64,000 nucleotides of DNA. It comes from Eledone cirrhosa. Taxonomy: Eukaryota. Numbering within the stretch: position 1 is the stretch's first letter; each line of letters begins with the position of its first letter. The notes below the pieces were generated by a model, which saw only the letters and a program-made list of their open reading frames with translations, was not told where the DNA came from and made no database searches. The position numbers and the translations under genes were made by a program. Below are positions 29,527 to 44,403 of this stretch, in pieces. The stretch is from the NCBI GenBank assembly GCA_964016885.1, contig OZ024741.1, positions 123,442,001 through 123,506,000 on the forward strand, read 5' to 3'.

Positions 29527-30539
29527 GGGGGGGACGTTAGTAATTAGAGCTAGTAGAACCAATGCACTACGAGTTCTCTGCATAGTTCTCTTATATTATT
29601 AATCATTTGTAAATTTAACACAATCTGGAACAGTTATGATTGTTGAATGGAACCACTGAATAGATTTAATTTTCAGAGATGTATTAAATGGTGTTCAAGC
29701 ATGGGTCGAGTTTTATTACCTGGAGGGGGGGGAGGGACATGAACGTTGGAGGGTTGCTAGACTGTGGGTGGGTATGGAAAGGGAGTTTTTCGTATTACTT
29801 CTTAACATCAGAGATCTCTATCCTATGTCGACGTCTTCAAGTGGTACAATTGTTAAATAGTTATATCCATTTAAATAATTTCATGATGAAACAGAAGATA
29901 TTTCATACATTCAATCTTTTATATCACACGACCCTAGATATACCTCCCCAGTCCCACCAAAGTCTCCATCCCACACTGTAAATTGGTCGTGTACGTGTGA
30001 CGACATTAAGCGACCAGTCCATACTTTAAAGGGGTCTTGTAGGTGTCACAATAAAAATGCCCAGCCAACATTCTGAGGTGGGGTGTATCATGACAAAAGG
30101 CACCAGTACACACTCTAAATATTGCTGGTGATACGAAGAGCATCCATCCATAGAAAACAAACAAAACCGTTCTTTATAAGCAAACATGTTCATTGGAATG
30201 GCTTGTCTCACAACGGGGCAAAGCGTCCAACACATACTAGCGTGGAAAAGGAGCGTTAAGTGATGGTGTTGATGATGATGATGATATATATATATATATA
30301 ACCCGTAGCCAAAAGACACTTTTCCTGATATATCAAGCGACTTATATATTTCTTCATTGTACAGTGTTATTTGATGTGTTGCTTCCGTTTTCGTTTTGTA
30401 TGTACTCACACACTCACACACACACACATACACACACACACACACACACAAACAAACAACCCCACACAAACAAACAACCACACATGTACACACACAACAC
30501 ACACACACTTACACACATACACACCCACACATACACACC

Positions 30540-30598
<59 letters not shown>

Positions 30599-30603
<5 letters not shown>

Positions 30604-30965
30604 TTCAAAATATTAACAAATATAGACATTCATGTGATCAAGTATATTTTATTATACATATTTCAGAGGTACTGAGCTATTTTCAACAGTACGTACTCAC
30701 TGCCATGACTGAATTTTAACCATCAACATTGTCAGGGTATGTCAATAATCAACTTATTTTATCTGATGAGGACGTACTTTTGAAAATAGCTCAGTACCTC
30801 TGAAATATGTATAATAAAATATACTTGATCACATGAATGTCTATATTTGTTAATTTTTTTGAATTAATATTAATAACTCCAGAAAACCCAAATGTGGAGT
30901 ACTTCTAATCTATTGTAAAACTGTATTCATTGATTTATTCATTGAACCTTGTTTAACCTTTAATT
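30599..30965 (+). mobile_element. Fold-back insert with HHR
   Basis: Arms about 30599-30699 and 30767-30868; tail to 30965; TA-flanked. Confidence 0.75.
30755..30821 (+). ncRNA. Type-I HHR
   Basis: tattttat-CTGATGA-ggacgtact...agtacctct-GAAA-tatgtat-A-ataaaata. Confidence 0.75.
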
Positions 30966-30968
30966 ATG

Positions 30969-31025
<57 letters not shown>

Positions 31026-31926
31026 TTGACAAATGAAACAACAAACACAGGAATGCAAAATTACATAGTTATATTAAGTTTACGCTTGGAGGAAATGGAG
31101 ATGGATGCGACGTTTTGGATAGAAGTCATTCATCGGGAAAGTTTGGAGAAGCAGAGAACAAATATGGATATGAAATTAGTTTGTGAAAGTTAGGAAAGGA
31201 AGTTAGGAAGAGGGGATTGGGGGGAGATTGATGTGTTGAGGGTGGTAGGCGAAATGTCTGGCCTTGAAAGTGTGGTCAGAATTTAATGTTACAGAGGTCT
31301 CATGGGTGTGGTTGTGTGTGAGCGGAAGGGATAGAAGAGGATTATGAGAGTTTATGTGCATATTGGAGGTAGCAGGATGGAATAAATGGGGCGAGGAAGT
31401 GTTTAAGGTGGTGGTGGATACGGTGGAGGAAGGATTTCAGCTTAGGGCGAGGGGGACGAGTATTTATGTATAACCTATATATTTCATCTTTTTCTTCTTA
31501 ATTCCTGAGAGAGTTGCTACGCACAGCGTATATTGTTGTTATAAAGTTTGCGGAGACTATTCCAACATTAACTTTAAACACTGCGAAATTTCTTACAGAC
31601 AATGATAGCGAGGAAAGTGTGAGAATCGGAAATTGGAACCCAGTAATAGAGAAGTATTTATGTATGTTCATCTCGGTGGGGTTTGAATTAGGAGTGCAGA
31701 AAGATACACGAATAACACATCTAGCTTTTTAACGAAGTTGCAACTACAAAGTTTCACCGATATTCGTTCATATATATACACATATGAAAATACATAAATA
31801 TTTACATACATACATAGATATTTATATGCATAATTTCATACAAACACGCATACATACGTACGTACATACATACTTATATATACATGTATAACCAAGTACA
31901 TATCTACTTGCTTAGATACATGCAAG

Positions 31927-31966
<40 letters not shown>

Positions 31967-32212
31967 CATACACACATACATACTTATATGCATACATACT
32001 TATATACAGATAAATACAGATGTATATAAATCCAGGACTACCTACCTGTCATTTTATCCAAAGATTACCTGCTAACCTAGCGACCTAAAATATCACCTGT
32101 TACACGAAAAGTTAGGCGAGACGTTACATGTACGTTGTTCATTCCAAAACACAGAGCTGCCGGCTACATTCATTCGATGGTGATGGAAACAATCTCATAT
32201 AACTATGTTTAT

Positions 32213-32660
32213 CTAAATGTAAGTATGTATACGTACATACATATATGTATACAGACATATACACATATATATATATATGTACGTATGGGTTTACCGAACA
32301 TTTATTATAATATCGTTTTCGGTACGCACGGCCGACTAACTTACTCGATATGCAAATTAGGCTGTTCAGCCATTAATATGCATGAGGAAAGTATATATTT
32401 TCAAACGTTCAATCATGTGACAGGAAGGTATACGATGCTGACGATAGCTAATAAGCTTGAAATTAGTTCATCATTCCTTTGTCAGTGTTGAACACAATGT
32501 TTGGTAAACCCAGACGAACATATATATATATGTGTTCATGTATGTATATATATACATACTACTGTACGTGTGTATACATATATGTATGTACGTATACATA
32601 CTTAAATTTAAGCATCAGACGTACTAAGAGTGAGAAATGAAATGTTATTTCATTCCTTTC
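32213..32660 (+). mobile_element. Diverged monomer of the 60.7-62.4 kb family; HHR at 32432-32474
   Basis: acgatg-CTGACGA-tagctaataagctt-GAAA-ttagt-T-catcat; 5' part 32213-32300 is inverted relative to 32501-32612. Confidence 0.75.
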
Positions 32661-32701
32661 CATTTATGTTTATCTATCTATCTATCTATCTAATTATGTA
32701 C

Positions 32702-32758
<57 letters not shown>

Positions 32759-32817
32759 CAAGGCTCTGATACCATCAACACTATACACACAGAGCTGACA
32801 TATCTAAGAACTGACTA

Positions 32818-32873
32818 ACTGCCTGATGAGGTCATAGCCATTCAATGGCTATCATCGAAATATATATAGCAGT
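32818..32873 (+). ncRNA. Type-I HHR, family A relative, inside a ~165-bp TA-flanked insert (32755-32919)
   Basis: actgc-CTGATGA-ggtcatagcca(ttcaa)tggctatcatc-GAAA-tatatat-A-gcagt. Confidence 0.85.
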
Positions 32874-32914
32874 AAATAAATGATTATGAGTTCATGCAAT
32901 TGACTTATGTTTCG

Positions 32915-32956
<42 letters not shown>

Positions 32957-33049
32957 TTTGTATTTATAACTATATACGCTTATTTATACACAAACATCCA
33001 CACACACACACATACACACTAACAGCACATACACACACACACACACACT

Positions 33050-33086
<37 letters not shown>

Positions 33087-33113
33087 CAAATATATAAGAA
33101 CCGTAGAGCAAAT

Positions 33114-33786
33114 ATTTATTAAAATAACAGATTGAAATTTAAGCAAAGAATCGTTGCTTTCACGCTTAACGGGATCTTCTGAAACAAAAAATTTCAATCT
33201 GTGAACGCAGAAGTAAATATTTCAAAAAAACGTTGCAACCGAGGGAAGACAGGAAAACGATACTTTGGTTCGTGGAATTGTTCCCTGGCAAAGAACGGAT
33301 TAAAACGAAGATAATACGTCAATAATTGGAGCGGTGAAAACAATTACACTCAAAGACAAAACCACTTTTATGGTATAAATGAAGTCCTAGACTAATATTC
33401 TATTAATGAACGGAAAACACGAAGATACTACGTCATTACCTCTGTAATTTATTTACTTTATTCTTAACTCTGAAGCCGAGAATCATTCGGTTTCCTAAAC
33501 AGAATTTTAGTCTATGACTTCAGTTATACCATATACGTTTTTTTGTCTTTGCGTGTAATTGTTTTCACCGGTCCAATTAATGACGTATTATGTTGGTTTT
33601 TATCCGTTCTTTACAAGAGAACGTTTCCACGAACCAAAGTATCGTCTTCCTGTCTTCCTTCGGCTGCAACGTTTTTTGAAATATTTACTTCTGCGTTCAC
33701 CGATTGATTTCTTTAGTTTCAGAAGATCCCGTTAAGAGTGAAAGCAGCGATTCTTTGCTTAAACTTTAATCTGTTATTTTAATACA
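33114..33786. mobile_element. Large fold-back insert with ~285-bp diverged arms
   Basis: 33114-33400 is the reverse complement of 33501-33786; TA-flanked. Confidence 0.7.
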
Positions 33787-33812
33787 TATATATATATATA
33801 TATATATATACG

Positions 33813-34472
33813 TGTGTATAATTGTAGCTATGGTGCTTCCATAGGCGGTATACCAAAATTAGCACTCAATATTCATACAGAGCAGAGTGTGGATAGTATA
33901 AAAAAACGAAAAATCAGTGATGCATCTGGACTCAGTTTATTGCGTGTTACAATTGTTTCGCCGGCAGGTAGCTCGAGACATGATCACTGTATGGATCTGG
34001 CTGATTCTATGGCTGCAGGTTCCTTCGGACACGGGCAGTTCGTTCGGAGCAAATTTTCTCACTCGGGTGTTATCGTCAAAAAACAGCTTCCACTCTTGTC
34101 ATGCCATTGGCTGTTGTTATTCTACGTCATCTTAAGTTCTGGTCACTATTTACTGCTACACGGGTCACCAGCCATTTTCCGCCCGAAGCAATTCAATGGA
34201 GCCCTGCCGAGTTCGTATCTCACACGCCTGTTCACACTCCAGAGTATGTAACCACAAGGTTGAAAGATGTTATTTAAGGTGTTTTTTGACGATAACACTC
34301 CAGTGAGAACATTTGTTCCGAACGAACTGCCCGTGTCCGAAGGAACCTGCAGCCGTAGAATCAGCCAGATCCATACAGTGATCATGTCTCGAGCTACTTG
34401 CTGTCGAAACAATCGTAACACGCAATAAACTGAGTCCAGATGCATCATTGATTTTTCGTTTTTTTATACTAT
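33813..34472 (-). mobile_element. Fold-back insert with ~190-bp arms and an HHR-like motif
   Basis: Arms 33893-34085 and 34280-34472; cgtgt-CCGAAGG...GAAA-caat(t/c)gt-A-acacg-c-AATAAA. Confidence 0.65.
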
Positions 34473-34554
34473 ATATATATATATATATAAGTGTTATAAA
34501 TTAAAATGACAGGAAGTCGTACAGGTTGAATTCCTTTAATTATTTATTTCTGTA

Positions 34555-34612
34555 ACACTGTGCACATTTCAACGGCCATGATACGTAAGAACCTGGTGGC
34601 ATCATCAGATGT
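34555..34612 (-). ncRNA. Degenerate type-I HHR
   Basis: acat-CTGATGA-tgcca...tggccgtt-GAAA-tgtgcac-A-gtgt; position 16.1 is C rather than U. Confidence 0.5.
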
Positions 34613-34682
34613 ATATTGCATATTAGCTGTATACTTAACGAATGATGGGAAACACATTCCTTGAGGCATTAATGAAAGAAGC

Positions 34683-34863
34683 GGTGGATTGGCAGTATCG
34701 GTAGAGAGTCGGACGCCATGCTTTCCAGCATAGTTACGTCCCTTTACGGTCTGAGTTCAAATCCCGTCGAGGTTAACTTTGCCTTTCATCCTTACGGGGT
34801 CGATAAAATAAAGTACCAGTAATGTACTGGGTAATTGCTGGCCTTGTGCCTAAAGTAGAAACA
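34683..34863 (+). mobile_element. SINE with 15-bp TSD
   Basis: TSD attaatgaaagaagc at 34668-34682 and 34864-34878. Confidence 0.9.
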
Positions 34864-34964
34864 ATTAATGAAAGAAGCAAAGTAAAAACAAAACTGAGAA
34901 GTGTGATTTTGTTTTTTAGTCAGAGGCCAATTCTACCAAATGGTGAAGAAATAAATCTAAACGT

Positions 34965-35082
<118 letters not shown>

Positions 35083-35146
35083 ATGCCTGCGCGCATGTGT
35101 GTGGACGCCTGCGCGCATGTGTGTGTGTAAACACACACATACACAT

Positions 35147-35211
<65 letters not shown>

Positions 35212-38200
35212 TGAGAGAGAGAGAAAGAGATACAGAGGAGGAGGCATATAGTTTTAAAACTGCACTGAAGCACAAAACACCTGGCAGTCGTGTCCCTGGT
35301 ATATCTTTATAGGTATAATAATCATAATTATATATATGTGGAGTGTACTTGTGTATATATACATACAGAATTCATACACAAATGACTATCTGTATGTGTT
35401 TGTGTGGGTGCGTGTGTTTGTAAATACCTTTCAGATATCAAAACAGACACATGGTGTGTTTTATTTTCTTTAAATTGCATTCATTATATATCTGACCTTT
35501 GAAGAGTTCGTACGAACTATCTTCAACTAAATCCTCTCCGTTTAGTTGCTGTCTAGTCATACAGACAGCTGCCTGTGAAATTTACGTAACTACAGTACCA
35601 GCAAGTAATTTATTCTCCGACTGCATGCATTCATTAACACACAGACACGTAAACACAGGCAGACACACACACTTATAAAAAAAATATATATTTTCATATA
35701 CTTATGTATGTTTATATATAAATATATGCTTATATTTATATATGTATATATATCTACATATACATATGCATATATATATATATATTTATATATATATATA
35801 TAAATATATATATATATATGTATGTGTGTGTATGTGTGTGGCTGTGTGTATGCGGGAGGGGTGTATCTCGAAGAATCACTGCTATTGAAGAAGTATTTAT
35901 ATTTATTTTGACTGTAGTTATGTGGAAATGCGGTGAGGGCTGATTAATGTAATTGCCACATTATTTGAATGTGCTTATGTGGTTAATTAATGTGCTGTCG
36001 TCATCATATATACACGTGTTGCGTAGTGCGAAAACAGTTGTAAAAGAAAGGATGGTGATGGCAAAGGAAAACCAAATACATTTTGAGTTCCAAAAAAATA
36101 TGCAAGTTTGGTCTCATTTTATTAAATATGGAATGTAATGCTAAACATATTGATGTGATATTTTAACTGAGGAATGTAGGACATTTTGATTAAAGGAATT
36201 GAATTCGCTCACATACGATCTTGAGTCAAACAACATGGTCACTAGGCCCTCAGCCTTTTTATCATCTAATAAATGCTTTGACATTTGAGGCTTAAATATA
36301 TTTTGTTAATGACTTTATTTGGAACAGAGGTGTGTGGAAACTGAATAAACTGCATCATGGAAGGGACATTTTAACCATTTAAATCCCTGTAAATAATTGT
36401 AAATAATCAGTTTTTGATTTATTTCTTGGTGTCACAAATTTCGTTTCGCTATTTACGACATGGTCACTGACATAACGTTTATTGGCACATTTTCAGTAGA
36501 ACTGTGTGTGTGACCAAGCCGCAAAGGGTCAGACAAACTCTTTGACACCTCAAGAAAAAGTGAAAAGAAATGTATTAATTTGTGTGTTTTGTGAATTACT
36601 GAAATGGCAGTTCTACTATTTAATTGCTTTAATAAAATAAATTTGTGTTTAAATTTTGCAGTAAAATTAAGAACAGAAAATGTTAATAATGGAGAGAAAT
36701 TGATATGGCAAATTATATACACTCATGTCAGCATATTTCGAAATCAGTATTAAATAAATAAATAAAAAAATAATAAATTAAAAAAATAAATAAAATAAAG
36801 AAATCATATTTTATAAAGCATTTTAAAGCTGGCATTAACAGTGTAGCTAGTCTAAAGAGTGTTGCTTAGCTATTAGATTCTATTGAAGATAGTTTTATAA
36901 TATTATTGTGACGTTAATATGACGTTAATTTCATATTTAAGATATATTATCTCAGTACCTTATATGGTATATATATAATATGCATACTATTAAGATTTGT
37001 CGATACTATCAACAATTGAACACCGATGGAAATATTGTTTCTTTGGTCCGGTGTAAAGCTCGGGTCCTTTCTACCTTTCTTTAAATAACATATATTAGCA
37101 TTGAAGATGTACAGTACATCATACGCTATTATACAACATAGTTATACAGTAGCTTTATAAATACTGCAATTGAGTTACTACTGCATTTATGATGGCGTAT
37201 GTATTATGAACAATAATGGTTTACGAGCTCAATATGACATAAATCTAACGTTTAAATTGAGTGATTTGATAACAAACATGGGAATAGTCAACATGCTGCT
37301 ATAGACATGAATTAATGAATGGAGCTCTATTAGTTTCGATGGTGACTGTCCCAGTTGTTTGATCAACGAAATAGATTGAATATTATAACTCTGTCTGTGG
37401 CTGAGCTTTAAATATACATGTGTACCATTAAGGTAAATCACACAGAGACTCAGTGTGTCTGTGTAGGACAAGGCTGGGACCTTTGTTTTAAATGTATAAT
37501 CTTTCCAGCTGGCTTCCAAACGGTTTTTCTCAATCCAAATGTATTCAAAAAGTTGCGATCGATCAAATCGAACCCGAATCCTTTTGATGGTAACATGAAC
37601 TTCTTAATCATTTCCCTATACTGTGTGCACAAGCCATTTACATACACCGGTTGTCAAATAAATTCAGAAGCAAAATTTAAAAAGAGTCAAGTACACTTTC
37701 CAGAAACGATATCCAATTCTAATTACCTTAGAATATCCTAAATTATTTTAGTGACACCATATCTCTTCCTTTAAACGCCTGAAACCACCCTTGGTCCTAT
37801 GAGGACAAATTATATATATATAAAATCATTCCATCATAATTTTAGTTCAGAAATTTTGTTAAGTTAACCTTCAAACATCAAAGAACTAGTAAGATATTAA
37901 TCATATTACTAAATAAAGACTTACACGATCCTAATTATTCTCGGCATGAATTACAAATCATATAGAATGGTTTACATTATGAGTATGGGAACTAAAGGGT
38001 GTAGTTCCTGAAATTGAAAATTAAGTCCCGTATATAGATCACACCCTTTTGTGACATAAAATGAATCGATATTATTAATTGTTGTAAAAGTAACTGGGGG
38101 TTTAACAAAACAAAGAAACCGTTGATAGTTTATTTATTTCCACATCTTTCAATAAAGATACTCACTTATGACACACGGATTAGTGATGTCTTTTCATTTA

Positions 38201-38276
38201 ATGAAACATAATAAAAAATATATAAATATAAACGTAGGCCATTAGGTTTTGTTCCCACACAATATATATAAATGTG

Positions 38277-38363
<87 letters not shown>

Positions 38364-39530
38364 GGAAACGTTTCATATCTGTTCTATGAAAATTGTAACA
38401 CTTCTTATATCTTACTTATATGTCTTAATAGAAAAATTGAAAAACACAATGGTTGCAGCGGTTGATATAATAGAATATAAATACCTTTCGTTCCTGCAAC
38501 ATTTAACGACAAACTCTTTTCACAAAAGTTTGTTAAAATGCTTTATTATATCTCCCTCTCTGTCTCAAGGGAGCCCGCCGTCAGCTACTATGCCCAAGAC
38601 AGATATAATTAACTGTTGTGTATTAGTTGCCACTTCATTATAAGAATTTAACGTCATTCAGAATGATGATACAAGTTGCAACTACGGAAGTAGGGCATTT
38701 CTTGAAAGCGGTCCATTAGGCAATATATGAGAAGTATTCTAATTTCATGTCAAAGAATATCTATATGTGATATATATCGTTTTCTATATTATGATTGGTG
38801 AATTTGAACAATGCGACTTATCCACCAAGATAAGTAGGGGCTTAAATGAAACTAAACGTACATGCATCGATCTCGAAATATGGCGGCCATTCTATGCCTT
38901 AACACTTTTGATACTAAACGGCATGAAACCGTACCACGTTCCTACGATAAGAAACCGCAAAACATTAGAATATAATTTCATGTAAAAACCTTCCGTAAGT
39001 AAAATTCTAAACAGCTGCATGATAATGAGTGGTCTTGTTATTTTACTAAATCCCTTATTACACTTGAGTATTTTAAAAGTCATTTGAAAATCATAGGCCG
39101 TGTCTTTCAGGATGGTGTCACGAATGACATAACATCCAATCATTGCTTTATAACATAGGGACCATTTAATAACTTTAACAGTTAAACATCAATAATAGTT
39201 CTGCTCAAACGTTTTCAAAAATAACATATGTTTCATAAATAAAGCATTTATATTTCCTGTTAACAAACTATAAGGGTTAGCGAGTGCTATTTCTAAAACA
39301 TTCGAATACTACATGACGGAGCTGCAACAAGAACGAATGCAATTCCAGCATACAAGCACACTTTTTCGCTATTTCTTGTTTCACTAAATATTAGAATATG
39401 TGTCTCGTTTGACATAATTTCCTCACGCCACAGGCGCCAATCAACGATTTTACACATCAAACAATATTTCCCCAAAATGGGCATTGAAAGACAATAAACG
39501 CACACAGAAAGGGATCCCCTGTGATAAATA

Positions 39531-39572
<42 letters not shown>

Positions 39573-39581
39573 CACGTGTAT

Positions 39582-39667
<86 letters not shown>

Positions 39668-40379
39668 ATACACAACTATAGTGGTAAGTATTGAGTGTAC
39701 ATTCGGGAAACAACATCCCTTTTTATCTCTGGTTTGACAGTTGATTACATTTCACCTAAAATTCTGTTTATTATTCATAGATAAACAAAAGAAACTCTAA
39801 ATTAGATACCCGACCATCAACTAAATATCGATAGTACATAGCTAGTAAAGAAGAAGGAAATCAATACAACAACATGCAATACAATAGAGTTCCTATTGAC
39901 TTTACATAAATAATAAATGGAAATGTTTTATATCCTGTAATTGTTGTAGTAATTACAGAGCACATATTGACAGAAATGTTGGCACGCCAGTTCTAATGCT
40001 TTGTTGTATTCTTCCTGGCTCTCTGTGGTCTTTGTTCAAATGCCACCCAGGTCAAGTGTTCTTTTCATCATTTCGAAGTCGATAAATAGGATACTATTCA
40101 AGTGCTGAGGTCGATTATCTCGTTCTCTCTCCCTCTCTCCCCGATTCGCGATCTCCCCTTCCACGTCCTCCACCTCTCTCTCCCTCAAACACACACAGTT
40201 TTTCTGGAGTACATCAGCTATGGACAACCTGAGTTGTAACTCAGCTTATGTACTCCAGAGAATCAGCTAATGTACTCCAGCTGAGTACATTAGCTGATTA
40301 CCTAAAAGATGCTGTAGATTATGAAGGTGACTCCCGAAATTGTTGCCGTCCCTTGTATAGATGGCATTATTACTCAGAA

Positions 40380-40487
40380 AGTTAATCCTGCCGAGGTTAA
40401 CTTTGCCTTTCATCCTTACGGGGTCGATAAAATAAAGTACCAGTAATGTACTGGGTAATTGATGGCCTTTTGCCAAAAGTAGAAACA
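40380..40487 (+). mobile_element. 5'-truncated SINE with 14-bp TSD
   Basis: TSD attattactcagaa at 40366-40379 and 40488-40501. Confidence 0.85.
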
Positions 40488-41141
40488 ATTATTACTCAGA
40501 ATGTGTGTTGTTAGAAGAATATTTAAGCGTTCAGATTGCCAATTTTCCTTGGTTACTGCACTGACATTTTCCTTGGCCAAGGAAATTAGACTTAAGGAAT
40601 GGACCCTGGGAGGTAGGGTTAGTGATCTAGCGTGTTTCCCTGCATGTACACCACGACACGGCTTTCACAATACCCTCCACACGAAAGCGCAGCTTATATA
40701 TCGTGTTCAGCCAGATGTATATATGTTATCCCGCCTCATTTCCCGCTTTAGCTTTTTTGTTTCATTATGATAATATAAATTATTTTTCAAAGAAATAGCG
40801 TAGATATTTAAATGGGTCGTCTTTAACTATATTAACTCCAGGGAACAGACAGCTGACCAGCCAACATCAAAAAAACCCAAATGGCGAATACCATGAAAAA
40901 AAGCGCCCCAAAATGGGAAGAAATAAGGCAAAATTGGGAGATTCTACAAGCTATATCCATTTTCACAAAAGCAGGGAGACGGGGAGAAATGAACCAAAAC
41001 GGGGAGGGGAAACGTCCCCGTCAGACAGGTTTGGGGCAGTCTTTCTGAATTTCATTCATTTTACATTTCTTCCTAAAAATTCCATCCCAGTGTGTGAATG
41101 TCAAGATATCACTATTATCCATTCATATTATTTAAATCTCC

Positions 41142-41295
41142 AGTGGATTGACAGTATCGGGAGAGAGTCGGATGCCGTGCTTTGCAGCATAGAGTTACGA
41201 TCCAAAGGTTAACTTTGCCTTTCATCGTTACGGGGTCAATAAAATAATGCACTGAATTAATTGCTTGTCTTTTGCCAGGAGAAGAAACAATTATT
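41142..41295 (+). mobile_element. SINE, internally deleted
   Basis: gtggattgacagtatcgg...aggttaactttgcctttcatcgttacggggtc. Confidence 0.75.
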
Positions 41296-42566
41296 CAACT
41301 CTCTATATTTCAAACTGCAAAAAAATCACCCTAGTTCTACAATAGAGAAATGTGTATATAGAAATGTTTGTATTTCAATTTAAACCATCTATCATACATT
41401 TCCTTCTGAAAAGTTCGTTAAATTATGTTTGAAACCTCGGTTTAATATTTGCAAAATTCATTATCAAACGCTTACGAATTACTATCTTAGAATTTAATTG
41501 AAAATATAGAACTTGTTTCAAATAAAGTTGAATTAGAAGAGTAGCTAGAGTTCAGGCGAAAATGTATTTATTGTGTTTTTGTTGATATGACTGCATTCTG
41601 AGTTTACATCCCAACTAGTTCCACTTGCATTCCCTCCTATGGGAAAGGGCAAAAAAAATATTCGTGAATGTGGATTAACAAATCTAGAGCACAAACTTAC
41701 GGACATATTTTACAGATTAAGCGTGCTGAAATTGTGGGTGTCAGGATTAACTTATAACCTTGTTTATAGCATCACATGTTTCTCGAATGCATTTAGCGGA
41801 TTTCATTCTCTAGTTACCATATAGGCCGTGTTTAATCCATGGCTTCAGACAAACTCCATACCCCCATCCCGCCTCAGAAGTCTTGAAGTGTAAAATATGG
41901 AATATGTCATGACATAGCGTTAATAAATATTATATATGAATTATCTATTTATCAAAACGAACGTATGAAGTAAACTTTCTAACTTTAAGGAAATGCCGTT
42001 AGTTCTCCGTTTTCATTCACTTTATCGAATTTACAATCGCTATATTAATCTATAATTATGAAGGTGACATTAAAATTAGAAGATCAAATAAGGAAAAGCA
42101 TTATTTTTAAAATGGATACATTAGTATTTAGAATTTAACATTTAAATATTGAAAGTTTTTATGAAGTTAGAATGAAGTCAAAACAAACACCATCTCCCTC
42201 CAACCGGGAAAGTGTATTCGACATATAGTCAACTTAAATATTGATATTTCATCTTTAAATTAGTCCAAATATTATATTGTTTGCTAATATTTTACCTGTT
42301 CAATAATGCGTTATAACACTCATATATAACTCGCCATTTAAACAAATAATCATAAACAATATTTGCATAAATGTATATCAATTATCATAGTTTTATCATA
42401 TTTATTGGTTTGAGATAGAAATGATTTCACAGTTCAATAAGTGCTTGGTTTGTTACAAATACTCAGTTGCGTTTAAAGGAAAAAAACACGCACACTCACA
42501 CACCCCCACACACAAATAAAGAACGACACATTCTCACTCTCTGTCAGACACACACACAAACACACA

Positions 42567-42662
<96 letters not shown>

Positions 42663-42699
42663 CCGAAGCGGGGTGCGCCCAATAGAATGAGTATATTTA

Positions 42700-44330
42700 A
42701 GCAAATATCTTTACCAGCCACGGATCTCCGATGTTGAACGTTTCGAGCATTTTTATCGGCTAACCCCAGCTCCGTACCCCTCTAGCCACATTCATGAGCT
42801 GGGACGGCGACAATCGCACTGGATGCCGGCTCCCAGACATTGCATTGCTCTAGAATCTTTTGATGGTGCCTGCCATCATGCCGTGAATCGATTCGACTTT
42901 CAGAAAAGCTTAAAATGGAGCAACATCTCGGCCTGAAATCCCAAACCTTTGCTACATCCGACAGGGTGATGACATCGTCATCAAACCGACTGACAAAGTG
43001 GGAGCTGTTGTCGTATAGCGTGCCGGCCTCTACAAAACAGAGGCGTTACGGCAGATCCACCCCCTCTTATATCGTCTCCTGTTTTCCGATTCCACACCTC
43101 TCTACCAATGACAGGTTTCCTCCATTCTACATTAACACGTCACCCCCTCAATCTTACCCTCATTGCTAACAATCTTATTGTCCGAACACCCGTGCCTCTA
43201 CCATATTCCTTCTCCCACATATTCATAAACCGAACATCCCAGGCCGCCCTGTCGTGTACGCATGCAATTGTCCAAGCGAACTAGTTTCGGATTTCCTGGA
43301 GTCCTCCTAGCAGCCCTGCCATCCCACAGCTCTGACACCAACCATCTTCCTATTTGAACCCCTGGTAGCCACCCAGCAAAACCACATTTCTGATACAAGC
43401 CATCTTCCAATCTGACCCACCACCCCTTCTCTGTCCCCTCAATGTCAAGTCTCTATATACAGTCATTCCCAACGTCAAGGTTCTTTTGGTCCTTCAACGT
43501 TTCTTCGATCTTCGCCCCCAACTCAACCGTTCACCTCAACCCTTTTACTCCTGAGCGAGCTGGTCGTCACTCTCAACTGATTATCTTTATCGAGTGAGAT
43601 ATAGCAACAGACGACAGGGTTGGTTATGTTGAGGCCCAAATTATTTCCCAATACACCGACAGTAGTCCTAGGCTGTACATAAGTTACATTGAGGATTGCA
43701 TCGGAGTCATGTCCCTCATCCGAGTACAGCTCCGCTCTTTCTTCTCCTTCTTCTGTTCCTTTCATCTCACCCTTGACGCCACCACATCCATATCCACAAT
43801 TTCCGCCCACTTCCCGAATATCTCTTTCCACTGACCACTCCCATCACTCCCTCACCATGCCTACATCGACTTCCCCTCATCCCATCCCTCTCACACTAAA
43901 CACTCTATCTACTACTCCCAATTCCTTCAGCTCTACCGTCTGTGCAATCCAACCCTTGACATTGAGGCACAGGCTCATTACATGTCTAGACACTTCATGC
44001 TGATACAAGCCGACATTGAGGAGTCGACTTACACCATGCCATAACCCCTACCCACACCTACTACACTCATGATCCCACCACCACACACACATCAGCACAT
44101 ATAAGCCATTTCTTTTGTTACCTTGACTTTCTTTCCTTTCAAAGTTAGCTTCCACCTCATCCACATGTCGTTATAACGATGTTTTTTTTATGCATTTGTC
44201 TTTTCTCCATTTTAAAAGCATCTCTTGACGAAGGGTTAAAGCTAGATACGTTGAACTCACTTTACGCTACCTTTCATGGAAATCCTGACCCTAATAGCAT
44301 CATTTTTAAATTTCTGTGTTTGCCTTCTTT
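42700..44330 (+). pseudogene. Decayed Penelope-like element reverse transcriptase
   Basis: DDIVIKPTDKVGAVVV (~42968), FLLPHIHKPNIPGRPVVYACNCPSELVSDFL (~43206), NVKSLYTVIP (~43441), SQFLQLYRLC (~43915); many stops; decayed HHR-like ttgacga..gatacgtt at ~44225. Confidence 0.85.
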
Positions 44331-44357
44331 CAATATACATACACACACACACATATC

Positions 44358-44403
<46 letters not shown>

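Noticed and set aside
33716-33765. cagaaga...gtgaaagcagcga as an HHR
   Set aside because: The core is non-canonical and stems I and III are unconvincing.
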